Source of the DNA: Myxococcota bacterium
GTDB taxonomy: Bacteria; Myxococcota; XYA12-FULL-58-9; JABJBS01
DNA: 64,000 nt
Assembly: GCA_036339465.1 (NCBI GenBank)
Contig: JAYZAY010000073.1
Location: forward strand, 29,502-93,501
Reading direction: 5' to 3'
The position numbers were made by a program, and so were the translations under genes. Under the pieces are notes generated by a model that was given only the letters and a program-made list of their open reading frames with translations, was not told where the DNA came from and did no database searches. Of this stretch, positions 1 to 9,487 are shown in pieces. Numbering within the stretch: the stretch's first letter is position 1; every line of letters begins with the position of its first letter.

Positions 1-193
1 TGATATAGATCCTCCGCTCCTAGGCATCCCTCCCACAGGAGGCTGGTTGTTCCCTCTCAGCGCAACCACAGGTCGTGTTAATTTAGTCCTCAGCCAACCA
101 TAGACTCGCAGCCATCTCCACTCCGAAAAATCTAAGAGCGGCGAAACGTCTATTTTTCATTTAGCTGCTTAATATTTATTATCGGTCAATTTG

Positions 194-1519
194 TCATCTT
201 TTGAGAATCACAACCGCTTCATAATGTTCCGTCCGTGGAAACTGGTCCACACATGCAATTTTTTCCACTCTAAATCCTGCATGCACCAGCACCGGGAAAT
301 CTCTTTTCAGGGCTTCTGGCTGGCAAGCAAGTAAAGCTATTTCCTGGATAGACGAATTTCCCTGAATGCTTTGGAGTAATTCCGAACCCATCCCGCAGCG
401 AGGTGGGTCAACAACAAGCACGTCCGGAGACTCATCACGAATCAATGCCGGACCAATCTTTCGAGCATCCCCAGCTATTGCAGTTACCCCAGAAATCCCT
501 AACCTCTCTTCATTCTTATGTGCGAAAGCCACCTCTTCTTCACCCAACTCCACAGTCCAGAGTCTCTGAATTTTCGAAAGGAGTGGATAGGTCAAAGCCC
601 CAACCCCAGAAAAAAGCTCCACACCTTTCTTAGCGGCGGACAAGCCATCGCAAACGTATCCAAACATGGACTCAGCCATGGGTGGATTGATTTGAAAAAA
701 TGAATTGGCGCCCAATCGGTAGTGGTAATCGTCAATATATTCCTCAACCCATGGCTTCCCCGCCAAAGCTGAAGGTTCTCCCGTCAATATTTTATTTGTC
801 CTCAGGTCATTCTCAAAGCAAACCACGCCGCTTAATGACTCCATCTTCTCGCATTCCTCCAAGGCCCACTTTCCCCAGGCTTTCTGACTGTATAAGCCGC
901 CAGGCACCACAACCAAAGACAACAATGCTGATTTACTTTTCCTCCCCCATCGTATTGTGAGATAGCGAAGTCCGCCCTCATCCGGAAAAATTGGCATTTC
1001 ATTATTTTTCAGACTTTCCGTTACGCTGAAAACCAGGCTTCTCAATTCAGGAATAAGGACCTTGCAATGAACATTGTCGGTCACTTCATGAGTACCACGC
1101 CGAAAAGATCCGAAAAGGGTCCTATTCCCGTCTCTCTCTGCGACCAACTTTACATAGTGCCGATAATTGTAAGGAGAAGTCGGCCCGATGAAATCAAGGG
1201 GGACATCCGATTCCCCTAAACCGTCCAAAAGATCCTGAAACCTTCGCTTCTTAAACAAAGCCTCACTGGTGTAGTCATTTCTAAGAAACGTACAGCCCGT
1301 ACACCCCATCAAATGCCGACAAGTGGAAGTTTCTTCCGATTTATCAATGATGAAGTCAACACAACGGCCTTGGACCGTTTTTGCAGACTCGCGATCGATC
1401 TCAACCCAAACGTCCTCTCCAACCACTGCATTTGGGACCAAAACATTCTTGCCGGCATGTTGTGCCCACCCACGACCATCGTGATTCCGTGCCTCAATGG
1501 TTACCCGTATTTTGGTCAT
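194..1519 (-). CDS. rlmD: 23S rRNA m5U methyltransferase, RlmD/RumA family
   Basis: TRAM-like N-terminus, Fe-S motif CRHLMGCTGC, SFFQIN, ELFSGVG, VDPPRCG and VDQFPRTEHYE. Start moved from 1642 to the ATG at 1519 (MTKIRV) after a GGAGG RBS. Confidence 0.9.
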   Translation of the reverse strand: MTKIRVTIEARNHDGRGWAQHAGKNVLVPNAVVGEDVWVEIDRESAKTVQGRCVDFIIDKSEETSTCRHLMGCTGCTFLRNDYTSEALFKKRRFQDLLDGLGESDVPLDFIGPTSPYNYRHYVKLVAERDGNRTLFGSFRRGTHEVTDNVHCKVLIPELRSLVFSVTESLKNNEMPIFPDEGGLRYLTIRWGRKSKSALLSLVVVPGGLYSQKAWGKWALEECEKMESLSGVVCFENDLRTNKILTGEPSALAGKPWVEEYIDDYHYRLGANSFFQINPPMAESMFGYVCDGLSAAKKGVELFSGVGALTYPLLSKIQRLWTVELGEEEVAFAHKNEERLGISGVTAIAGDARKIGPALIRDESPDVLVVDPPRCGMGSELLQSIQGNSSIQEIALLACQPEALKRDFPVLVHAGFRVEKIACVDQFPRTEHYEAVVILKR

Positions 1520-1808
1520 ACCCTCCCCCCTTGTTTTGCTACTTCTGTTGTGGATCTTCCCAAGACATCCTCGCCGGTCAATTGCTTCAACCCCAGGTCG
1601 TCGTATCCCAAACCCGTCCATAAAAACTGGCCTGCTGCCCAAAGGCCCGACAAGGGAAAATAATCTTTCATGAGCGGTGAAGCAAAAAGCCCCACAACCA
1701 CCCGTGAAAGGTCAAAAAACAGTGACTTCTACCAAGGGATCTACATTCATATAAAGACCTCCCGCTGCCCCCCATGTCATCATCCAAATCGCAGCGTTCT
1801 TTTTATCC

Positions 1809-3023
1809 TCACCGTGGTCGCGTGGGAGGCCCCAATCCATAGGTCGCTTCCATCACGGCAGCATCTTCATCACGGGCCGATTCACCTGCCAATTCAGAAT
1901 CGGCCGTTTCGGCTTCTCCTGGCAACATCATATCGAGCATCCAACCCGGATCGGCATCAACCTCAACCTGAGGTGACCCCACCGGACGCGATGGTTTAGT
2001 CACCTCTGCGGGGTCCATTTCTTGGGTAGAGACCGGCACATCAGTCGTCTCAAAATGCCCAACAACATCTTCTTCGTTATGTCCTAAGCAGCTCTCACCC
2101 AAATCCTCACCGAATTCATCAGGACCATCCTCTAACGGAATCCCCATGGTCTCGAAAGCTTCTAATTCTCCTGCAAGCTCCCAAAAACCCGCCGCCGCCA
2201 AAGCGGGAATACAGTCTGGCTCATTGACATGCTCCAAGTAAGCTCCATGCTCCTCAATCTGCCTCAAAAACACGGTATTGATACCAACTTCACCGGCCAA
2301 ACTGGTTTTCAATTCAACAATTTCACTCACCACAAAGCTATCGCCATCACGGCAGACAAAAACAGCGACTTCAAATTGCCCAATGGGGTGATGCCCGGAA
2401 AGACCGTTGCCTCCCACAAGCTTCTCTAAACGCAGCGCTCCCTGCCGAATACTCGCACCCGGCTGAAAGACCACCATACCGCATTTACGCCACAAGCCAG
2501 AATCCAGGGAAACATCCTCAACTTTTGGCACCAAAACGCGACTTCCGGATGGTAAGCCGTCGACCCCACCGATAACCGGACTTGAATCATCAAGCCGAAA
2601 ACCCTCACCCACCCATTGAACCCGAAGTGTCTCGTTATCAGAAAGAGCCATAATAACCGATGCATCTTTTTCCCAAGGGGCAACCACCAAAATGTTCTTT
2701 CCCAAAGCACCTACCGCGGACAAAAAACGACCGGCTAACTCAGACAGGACACCGTGACCCACCGCCACAGCGAGGCCATCGGGACAAAATATTTCGCCGC
2801 GTCCCCAAACCCGTAACGAATCCTCATTACCGCCAAGTTCCTGCCAATCATGGTCGGAGAGCCAGAGAGCAAGCTGCTCGCCCAGGGTGTCGTCCAGTGG
2901 GCTTCTATGGACACATTCTCCAGACGGGGAATAGAGCGACAGCTCTAGGCCATTTAAGAGCGCCGTTTCCACCGTGGGGCTCATCAGTAATGCACACCAT
3001 TGCTCAAAAGAAATCACTTCCAT
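1809..3023 (-). CDS. Hypothetical protein, possible degenerate CpaF/TadA (VirB11-like) ATPase with acidic tail
   Basis: GALGKNILVVAPWEKDAS lies where CpaF has KNILISGGTGSGKT, and VVSEIVEL...GEVGINTVF resembles the CpaF C-terminal motif. No intact Walker A. Confidence 0.4.
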   Translation of the reverse strand: MEVISFEQWCALLMSPTVETALLNGLELSLYSPSGECVHRSPLDDTLGEQLALWLSDHDWQELGGNEDSLRVWGRGEIFCPDGLAVAVGHGVLSELAGRFLSAVGALGKNILVVAPWEKDASVIMALSDNETLRVQWVGEGFRLDDSSPVIGGVDGLPSGSRVLVPKVEDVSLDSGLWRKCGMVVFQPGASIRQGALRLEKLVGGNGLSGHHPIGQFEVAVFVCRDGDSFVVSEIVELKTSLAGEVGINTVFLRQIEEHGAYLEHVNEPDCIPALAAAGFWELAGELEAFETMGIPLEDGPDEFGEDLGESCLGHNEEDVVGHFETTDVPVSTQEMDPAEVTKPSRPVGSPQVEVDADPGWMLDMMLPGEAETADSELAGESARDEDAAVMEATYGLGPPTRPR

Positions 3024-3035
3024 TTCTCCTCACCC

Positions 3036-3491
3036 CTAGAGACGACGGTCAACCAATGCAGCAACACGCTGTCGGTCTTTCATCACAGATTGAAATAAGT
3101 CGGAATCAAGACCCAGCACCCCACCAGACCAAACACGGTCCGGATCTGGATGAATCTCCACCATAACGCCGACCGCTCCTTTGCCCATGGGCCTTACCCC
3201 TTGGGCAACCCCGATACCATGCGAAGCATCCACAAGCGCCGGTAAATGGGGAAGTTCTTTAAACATCACCACTGCATTTAGACCCACTGCATTTAGACCC
3301 ACTGCATTTAGACCCACTGCATTTAGACCCACTGCATTTAGACCCACTGCATTTAGACCCACTGCATTCAGGGGCATGGTCTCAAAGGTTCGGATGCCCC
3401 GTGGATCGGAAGTAAATCCAAGCCCTTCAATTCTCTCTTCTACCTGGCCAACTTCCTGGGGAGGCGCCTCTTGTCTCATCCAGACGAACAC
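3036..3491 (-). pseudogene. Internally deleted class I-beta DAHP synthase remnant with a repeat expansion
   Basis: The N-terminus resembles the ferredoxin-like regulatory domain and is joined directly to RGIRTFET, HLPALVDASHG and MVEIHPDP. The central barrel is missing and LNAVG is repeated about 7 times. Confidence 0.75.
3271..3370. repeat. 15-bp tandem repeat ACTGCATTTAGACCC, 6 full copies plus a partial
   Basis: Read directly from the sequence. Confidence 0.95.
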
Positions 3492-3655
3492 GATGTACCT
3501 CTTCTCAAGTGGGGCTTGCCTATGCCAAAATCTAAGCCCAGTGCAACCGCTCCCACCAAAGCATAAGCAAAAAATTGAACTTTTGTCTCTAGAATGAGTA
3601 AATCTCTTGGCATAGAGTGTCCCACGTATAAATATAGATATGGGAGCGTAGATAT

Positions 3656-3940
3656 ATGCTAGACCGGCTACTTCGGTTCTACCTTCAACTAAATTATCCA
3701 GTGACAGTCATGGAAAACGATGACTACTTCACCGTTAGCCATCCAGACCTCCCTGGCTGTGAAGTGACAGACCATTCTCTCGCAGAGTGCTACCAACAAA
3801 TCTACGATCTCCGACATTTATGGCTAAAGAAACACCTTGAAGCGGGAGCTCCCGTCCCTACTCCGGGATCCTACAAGAGTGGGTCAATTCATCGTACGAA
3901 GTCCTGGAAGCAAGTCGCGGAAGATAAAGCAAGGTCATAA
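3656..3940 (+). CDS. HicB-family antitoxin-like protein (orphan)
   Basis: YPVTV...FTVSHPDLPGC...W...G.PVP.P pattern typical of the HicB partial RNase H fold. No hicA nearby. Confidence 0.75.
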   Translation: MLDRLLRFYLQLNYPVTVMENDDYFTVSHPDLPGCEVTDHSLAECYQQIYDLRHLWLKKHLEAGAPVPTPGSYKSGSIHRTKSWKQVAEDKARS

Positions 3941-3946
3941 GGCGAC

Positions 3947-5998
3947 ATGTCGGTATCGATTACAAGCGCAATTCTCGCGGCATTTGTCGCCGTAGCGGCG
4001 ACCATTGGTATCTTGTTCAACCGTCCCCACAGACGTATTCACCTTCGTTTTGCAGCCGTGACCTTCACCTTATTTGTTTGGCATGCTGGGGGACTCTTGG
4101 GACGATTAACGGGAACGTCGACCCCGGTCATCCAAATGACAGCGGGCTTGGTACTCCCCCCGCTCATGCTGCTCTTCTTCGCCGAACTCGTAGGTCACCG
4201 CGGCATCCAAAAACGTGTCATTTTCGTAACTTGCTTAGCCGCGTTGGTCATCGCCGGAACCATTTTTCTTGAAGTGCAACCCTCCCTTATCTCCGACTAT
4301 CTAATCGGCCCACTCAACCTAATCTGCGCGTTTTTTATCGTCCGAAGCCTACAGCAACACCGCCACCGAGCCAAAAGCCAAACGGAACAATCAAGACTCT
4401 CCTATCTTTATTATGGGGCCATCGTCGTCCTCGCCGTTGAAACACTTGAATGGTTGGCCTCGTCCGAGGGTCTAAGCGCTGTCGGCTATGTACTAGAAAC
4501 GATTTATGTTTACTTCCTCTATCAAAGCATCGTCGCCCAACGTTTTATCAACATGGTGGAAGTCATCAGTAAGGCTGCCGTACTAACGGTGCTTACTTTA
4601 CTTCTCTCAGCCATCTACACCCTGTTGGTGTTATGGATAGGCGTTGAACAACAGGGCCTATGGTTTTTTCACACCATCGTCGCGAGTTTTGTCATTCTCA
4701 TCCTCTACGACCCAGTCCGGCCTTGGATAGAAAAGACGACGGCTCGATTGTGGCTCCGGCATGAATACGACCTGCTTTCCATCGCACAAAACATCGTGCG
4801 AAGCCTCCGGAAAGCAATTCGCGTGGATTCAGTTGCCGACGCCACCCTATCACCGCTTTATAAAAACCTCATTGCGCAGCGTTGCGCAATGTATCTCCGT
4901 GGGGAATCCCCACGGTCATTTCGCCTCCACTCCTACGAGGGAACTCAACCGCCCCAAGAACTCTCCGCCGTCAGTCAACCCGCCTTATTTGGCGACCTTG
5001 AAAGTTACCGCCGCCCACTCTTTCTCGAAGATTTGGAATACCGACAAAACCAGCTCCCTGACGAGCTCACTCAAAATGAATCTTTACGCAATCAAGAAGC
5101 AACCCGTCTGCAGCGCGCCATCAGTGCTTTTTCCGAAATTGGCTTCAACGCAATACTCCCATGTACTTCCGGCAACGAAGTGGTCGCCATTCTGGCATTG
5201 GGCGGAACCAACTATCCCTATCAGTTTTCCAGCAATGAAATGCGGGCACTCCATTCTATCGCTGAAGCCACCGCCATCGCCCTTGAGAATTCAAGGGAAT
5301 TCGAACGGCGGAGAGAGAGGGACCGCCTCGTCGAGATAGGCGAGATGTCCACGGGGCTAGCCCACGAAATCCGCAATCCCTTAGGTGCTATCAAGGGGGC
5401 TGTTCAGTGTATTCACTCAGAAGCCCTACCGAAAAATCAACAAGAGTTCTTTCACGTCATCATCGAAGAAGTCGACCGCCTTAGTGGGGTTGTTACCGCC
5501 TTCCTAAACTATGCACGCCCCTACCACGGAGACCCTCAAACCATCGACCTCAACCAAACCATTCAACAAACACTAAGACTCCTCCAACATGATCAAAGCC
5601 CCCCCGAAGTTCGGCTCACCCAGGATTTACAACCCAAACTACCCTTAGTTCAATTCGACCCCGAACAACTACGCCAAGTTCTCTTGAATCTCATTCGAAA
5701 CGCTTTCGAATCCCTCACACAAGGGGGAGAAGTCACCGTCTCCACTCAAGTCAGGTACCACCCGCCCGAACAAAAACTTGTGGTCATATCCATTAAGGAT
5801 ACCGGCTCAGGTATTCCACGAAATATCATTGATAAGATATTCGTACCATTTTATACCACCAAAGCCCACGGCACTGGCTTAGGCTTGCCTATATCTCAGC
5901 GAATTTTAGAACAAGCTGGGGGACGCCTGACTGTTAATTCAGTGGCCGGGATAGGAACGACCTTTGCGATTCATTTACCAGCAATTAAAGAAACCTAG
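3947..5998 (+). CDS. Membrane sensor histidine kinase (multi-TM N-terminus, GAF, HisKA, HATPase_c)
   Basis: LAHEIRNPL H-box, NLIRNA N-box, DTGSGI G1, PFYTTK F-box and GTGLGL G2. Confidence 0.93.
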   Translation: MSVSITSAILAAFVAVAATIGILFNRPHRRIHLRFAAVTFTLFVWHAGGLLGRLTGTSTPVIQMTAGLVLPPLMLLFFAELVGHRGIQKRVIFVTCLAALVIAGTIFLEVQPSLISDYLIGPLNLICAFFIVRSLQQHRHRAKSQTEQSRLSYLYYGAIVVLAVETLEWLASSEGLSAVGYVLETIYVYFLYQSIVAQRFINMVEVISKAAVLTVLTLLLSAIYTLLVLWIGVEQQGLWFFHTIVASFVILILYDPVRPWIEKTTARLWLRHEYDLLSIAQNIVRSLRKAIRVDSVADATLSPLYKNLIAQRCAMYLRGESPRSFRLHSYEGTQPPQELSAVSQPALFGDLESYRRPLFLEDLEYRQNQLPDELTQNESLRNQEATRLQRAISAFSEIGFNAILPCTSGNEVVAILALGGTNYPYQFSSNEMRALHSIAEATAIALENSREFERRRERDRLVEIGEMSTGLAHEIRNPLGAIKGAVQCIHSEALPKNQQEFFHVIIEEVDRLSGVVTAFLNYARPYHGDPQTIDLNQTIQQTLRLLQHDQSPPEVRLTQDLQPKLPLVQFDPEQLRQVLLNLIRNAFESLTQGGEVTVSTQVRYHPPEQKLVVISIKDTGSGIPRNIIDKIFVPFYTTKAHGTGLGLPISQRILEQAGGRLTVNSVAGIGTTFAIHLPAIKET

Positions 5999-6006
5999 AG
6001 ATCATT

Positions 6007-7191
6007 GTGACCCATAAAAAGAAACAACAATTAAACATTTCCTGCATGCTCTTCTTAGCCTCTTTGGGCCTAGGCCTCACCCCCCATCAAGACGATGACC
6101 TAGACATCATCACCCTAAATGTCGGTCAGGCCGACGCCACCCTATTTCACGCCAACGGCACAACTCTACTGCTCGACACCGGCGCCCCTCTCGAAGAGCC
6201 CGAACGCTTAGGCTATCGTCTCCTCCCGGTTCTAGAAAAACTCACAGGCAAACGACATCTAGATTACGTATTGATTACCCACTTCCACGCCGATCACATT
6301 GGTAATCCTGGGCGCATACGTTCTAGGAAACCTAAGCAAGCTGGCCTCTTTCAATTGGTCAATCAACTCGGCGTCACCGTAGGAACCGTTTTGGAGCGAG
6401 GTTCCTGGAATCTCAGCACCCCCACCACAACAGAAACCCACTACCGACGACATCTCAAGCACTGGCTGAAAAACGAGCAAGTAGAATCGGTGCGTATCGT
6501 CAATTCAGGAGACTCCATCACCCTCGGTCGGTCCACAAAAATCAGGATCATTTCGTCTTCCGGCAATGGTTATCTCGACAAGTTGGCTCGAGCATTTCCT
6601 GATCTCAAAAACGAATACCCGCCCAGCGAAAATGATTATTCCGTATCGGTGAAAGTCGAGCACGGCGATTTTGAGTTTTTTGCTGGCGGTGATTTAAGTG
6701 GTCAAAATGTCCTAAGGCATTTTGGCCCGGTGGGCATAAGTTACGTAGACATGGAATCTCATATCGCTGATCGAATCGGTGATATCGAAGTCTATAGGGT
6801 GAATCATCATGGCTCGAAAAACAGCTCCAACCCCTGTTTTCTAGAAAAAATCCGGCCCGAGGTCTCCCTGATTTCTTCTGGCAATCATAATCGATACGAC
6901 CATCCGGACGTCAATGTCTTTTTCAGACTTAAAAACTTCGGCGATGTTTTTATTACCGATGGAGCAGGCAAAAGCATGCAAGCATTTCCGCGTTCCCTAG
7001 ACCAGGCCGTGGTCGGAGATGATATTTGGATCAAGGTACAAAAAGGCGCCAGCAGCTTTCTTGTAAACGACCGCCCCTATCCCATTAAAAAAGAATCGGA
7101 TGAACTCCAACCTTCAGAGCTACCCTGTCACGACCTTGAGCTTAAGCGATTCACCACCGAAGTCATCACCGATCCTCGACCGCACGATTGA
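6007..7191 (+). CDS. Secreted ComEC/Rec2-like metallo-beta-lactamase-fold hydrolase (probable nuclease/phosphodiesterase)
   Basis: LNVGQAD, LLDTG, THFHADH, ENDYS, GD, NHHGS and NRYDHP. Hydrophobic signal-like N-terminus; no ComEC membrane channel domain. Confidence 0.85.
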   Translation: MTHKKKQQLNISCMLFLASLGLGLTPHQDDDLDIITLNVGQADATLFHANGTTLLLDTGAPLEEPERLGYRLLPVLEKLTGKRHLDYVLITHFHADHIGNPGRIRSRKPKQAGLFQLVNQLGVTVGTVLERGSWNLSTPTTTETHYRRHLKHWLKNEQVESVRIVNSGDSITLGRSTKIRIISSSGNGYLDKLARAFPDLKNEYPPSENDYSVSVKVEHGDFEFFAGGDLSGQNVLRHFGPVGISYVDMESHIADRIGDIEVYRVNHHGSKNSSNPCFLEKIRPEVSLISSGNHNRYDHPDVNVFFRLKNFGDVFITDGAGKSMQAFPRSLDQAVVGDDIWIKVQKGASSFLVNDRPYPIKKESDELQPSELPCHDLELKRFTTEVITDPRPHD

Positions 7192-7204
7192 GCTTCAAAA
7201 CGCC

Positions 7205-9472
7205 CTAAAACATCCATTTCCCTACCAGCTTTCCATAATGGCCCGTCTGCTGCCTTGGAGTTTCGCTTTCGTGTAGATGATACAAACCATATTTAACGTC
7301 CACGGCCCAGTTATCACCAATCTTCTGACTCAAACCGAGATAACCTGAAAAAGCGGGGACCTCTGCCAATCCATCATCTGCCGTGGTTAGCCTATCGGTC
7401 CCTAAATGCAAACGTGCGCGTATGGATAGTCTGGCGCCCTCCCATCCCTTCATCGATGACCTCAAGACCAAGAATTGGGAGAAACTATAACTCTCTGAGT
7501 TATTCTTAACATCCTGTAAAACCGCTCGATAATATGCACCCATAGACACCCCCGGTAACCGCTTGCTCCCCAGTCCTACCCCTAAGGTGTGCTTCTCTCC
7601 TCCGCCAAGATCGCAGCCGTTGTCGGACTCCAAATCAGAGGCTTCAAGGGTAAATGAGTCACAACTGCCGTAGCTTTGTTCACGCCCCCTTTTAGACAAG
7701 TCGTTATCCGAAAACCTATATTTGACGTTGGCCGTCTCCTTACGCGTCAGTTCCAGCGTAGCACCCTGGGACAATCTCAAGTTCCAGGCATCGTTACGCA
7801 CCCAACTGATGTTCCCACTCCACCCAACGAGAGGCCGCCACGGTAGGGTAAAAAGCTCCAATTGGGTCGATAATTTAATGCGTTGCACCAATGAAAGATG
7901 ACTCTCCAGCTTAATACCCAATTCATTGCGCCTACGGGAGCCTAGCGTTTCTGCCGCCGCCGCTTCGCTCCCACCAAATGGATTGTCAAAATCACGACCA
8001 TACCAACGAAAGGACATGGTCGTATCCCAATTATCCAACCAATAAGCGATGACACGAGAAAAAATCGCCTCGTTACCGCCATCGTCAAAAGCGAGTGCAC
8101 TACTCAGCTCAAAATCACCCACGGCCCAATGGACGCGTAAACCTGCACTGCCAAAAACGCTTCGTCTCGGTAGCTTAGAAGACAGAGCAAACCTCGCCGC
8201 ACCGGGACTTCCCACCAAAAAACCCGTCTGTCCTCGGTAAATGGTGGCATCAACTCGAAAGTCATCATAATAGGAATAGCGAACATTCGCCCCAGTCAGA
8301 AAAAGGCTGTAGACATCACGTAGTGTAAGCCAAGAGTGCGTTTTACCACTCACCTCTGAATCCACAACCTTGGTACTACGACATACTCCTTCCACACCAC
8401 AGGTGTAACCAAATGGACAGTCGCTGTTGCCAAAACACGCCCTGTAAGCAGATGCATCTTCGCAGGATGCCAAGTTGTCATCACAGCCGGCCGCAAATTC
8501 ATCAACGCCGTATTCCATATCATATTGATAGAGGTCTTTATGGTCATAGGAAGCGAATAGGGTCGTATCCATAAGCCCCCCTAAGGCGGACATTCCATTA
8601 AACGTCGCAGCCACACCTAATAACCCCGCATCGGGATTACGAAGTCGGCCATTGACAAAATCAACGGTTTGGGGCCTTGGGCGGTAAAATCCAACCGGAA
8701 ACGCCTTGGGGGTCGTGTCGAAAACAAGTCGGTCTCCAAAACCAGCTTCAAAAGACCCTAAAATAAAACTCCCGCGATTCCAGCGATATTCTGCATACGC
8801 CTGCCCAAAATCAAACTTGTTTTTTAATCCATCGGAAGCGAGGAGGGCTGAACTCCAGTCCCACCAGGCATCAGCGACTGGCCGAACGTTAAAAAGCGTA
8901 CCCACATTGATATTTTCTTCATAACGAATGTCCACCCCTAAGAAAGAACCCGGTGGATATTGCAAAGACCGAACAGTGGTTCCCGCAGGAACTTTGTCTA
9001 AAAAGGCCCCTCCGACCATTCCCGTCTTGACCTCTCCGTGTAACTCAAAATCAACGGTGCGACCCACAAACTCGTCGGATTGCCCCAACATAACGAAAGG
9101 CCGCAACTGTAAAATAGCGCCATGGGGCAAAACAGGCACCCTCGTTTCTAGCTCCTCTAAGCTTTTAAACACGCCTCCCCTTGAGCGTTCAGCGACAATC
9201 TCTTGGGCCAAACCAAAGCCAAGTCCGGGTAAATCATAAAGCAAGAGCGCATCAGCCCGATTCAGAGGAATCGGCCGTTGGCACATGCGAAGTAAATTTT
9301 GGTAGGCGTCCTCCTCTAGATCCCCACCATTGAGACACTCATCTAGATCATCACAGTCTTGAACGAGCAAATAGACGCCGTAATCTCGGGCCCAAGCCCG
9401 CTCGCTTTGAAGCCCCAGGAGAACGACGCAGATCATCCATGTCGAGAAGACTTTCAACCGACCCATCGCCAT
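7205..9472 (-). CDS. Probable outer-membrane beta-barrel protein with N-terminal ComEA-like helix-hairpin-helix domain
   Basis: Signal peptide (AWA-R), PIPLNRAD...LPGLGFGLAQEIVAER...FKSLEEL, amphipathic beta-strand patterns and C-terminal WMF. Confidence 0.75.
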   Translation of the reverse strand: MAMGRLKVFSTWMICVVLLGLQSERAWARDYGVYLLVQDCDDLDECLNGGDLEEDAYQNLLRMCQRPIPLNRADALLLYDLPGLGFGLAQEIVAERSRGGVFKSLEELETRVPVLPHGAILQLRPFVMLGQSDEFVGRTVDFELHGEVKTGMVGGAFLDKVPAGTTVRSLQYPPGSFLGVDIRYEENINVGTLFNVRPVADAWWDWSSALLASDGLKNKFDFGQAYAEYRWNRGSFILGSFEAGFGDRLVFDTTPKAFPVGFYRPRPQTVDFVNGRLRNPDAGLLGVAATFNGMSALGGLMDTTLFASYDHKDLYQYDMEYGVDEFAAGCDDNLASCEDASAYRACFGNSDCPFGYTCGVEGVCRSTKVVDSEVSGKTHSWLTLRDVYSLFLTGANVRYSYYDDFRVDATIYRGQTGFLVGSPGAARFALSSKLPRRSVFGSAGLRVHWAVGDFELSSALAFDDGGNEAIFSRVIAYWLDNWDTTMSFRWYGRDFDNPFGGSEAAAAETLGSRRRNELGIKLESHLSLVQRIKLSTQLELFTLPWRPLVGWSGNISWVRNDAWNLRLSQGATLELTRKETANVKYRFSDNDLSKRGREQSYGSCDSFTLEASDLESDNGCDLGGGEKHTLGVGLGSKRLPGVSMGAYYRAVLQDVKNNSESYSFSQFLVLRSSMKGWEGARLSIRARLHLGTDRLTTADDGLAEVPAFSGYLGLSQKIGDNWAVDVKYGLYHLHESETPRQQTGHYGKLVGKWMF

Positions 9473-9487
9473 CCACCTTTCTTATTA

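Noticed and set aside
6007..7191. Full comEC competence channel
   Set aside because: Only the soluble MBL domain is present; there is no multi-TM competence domain.
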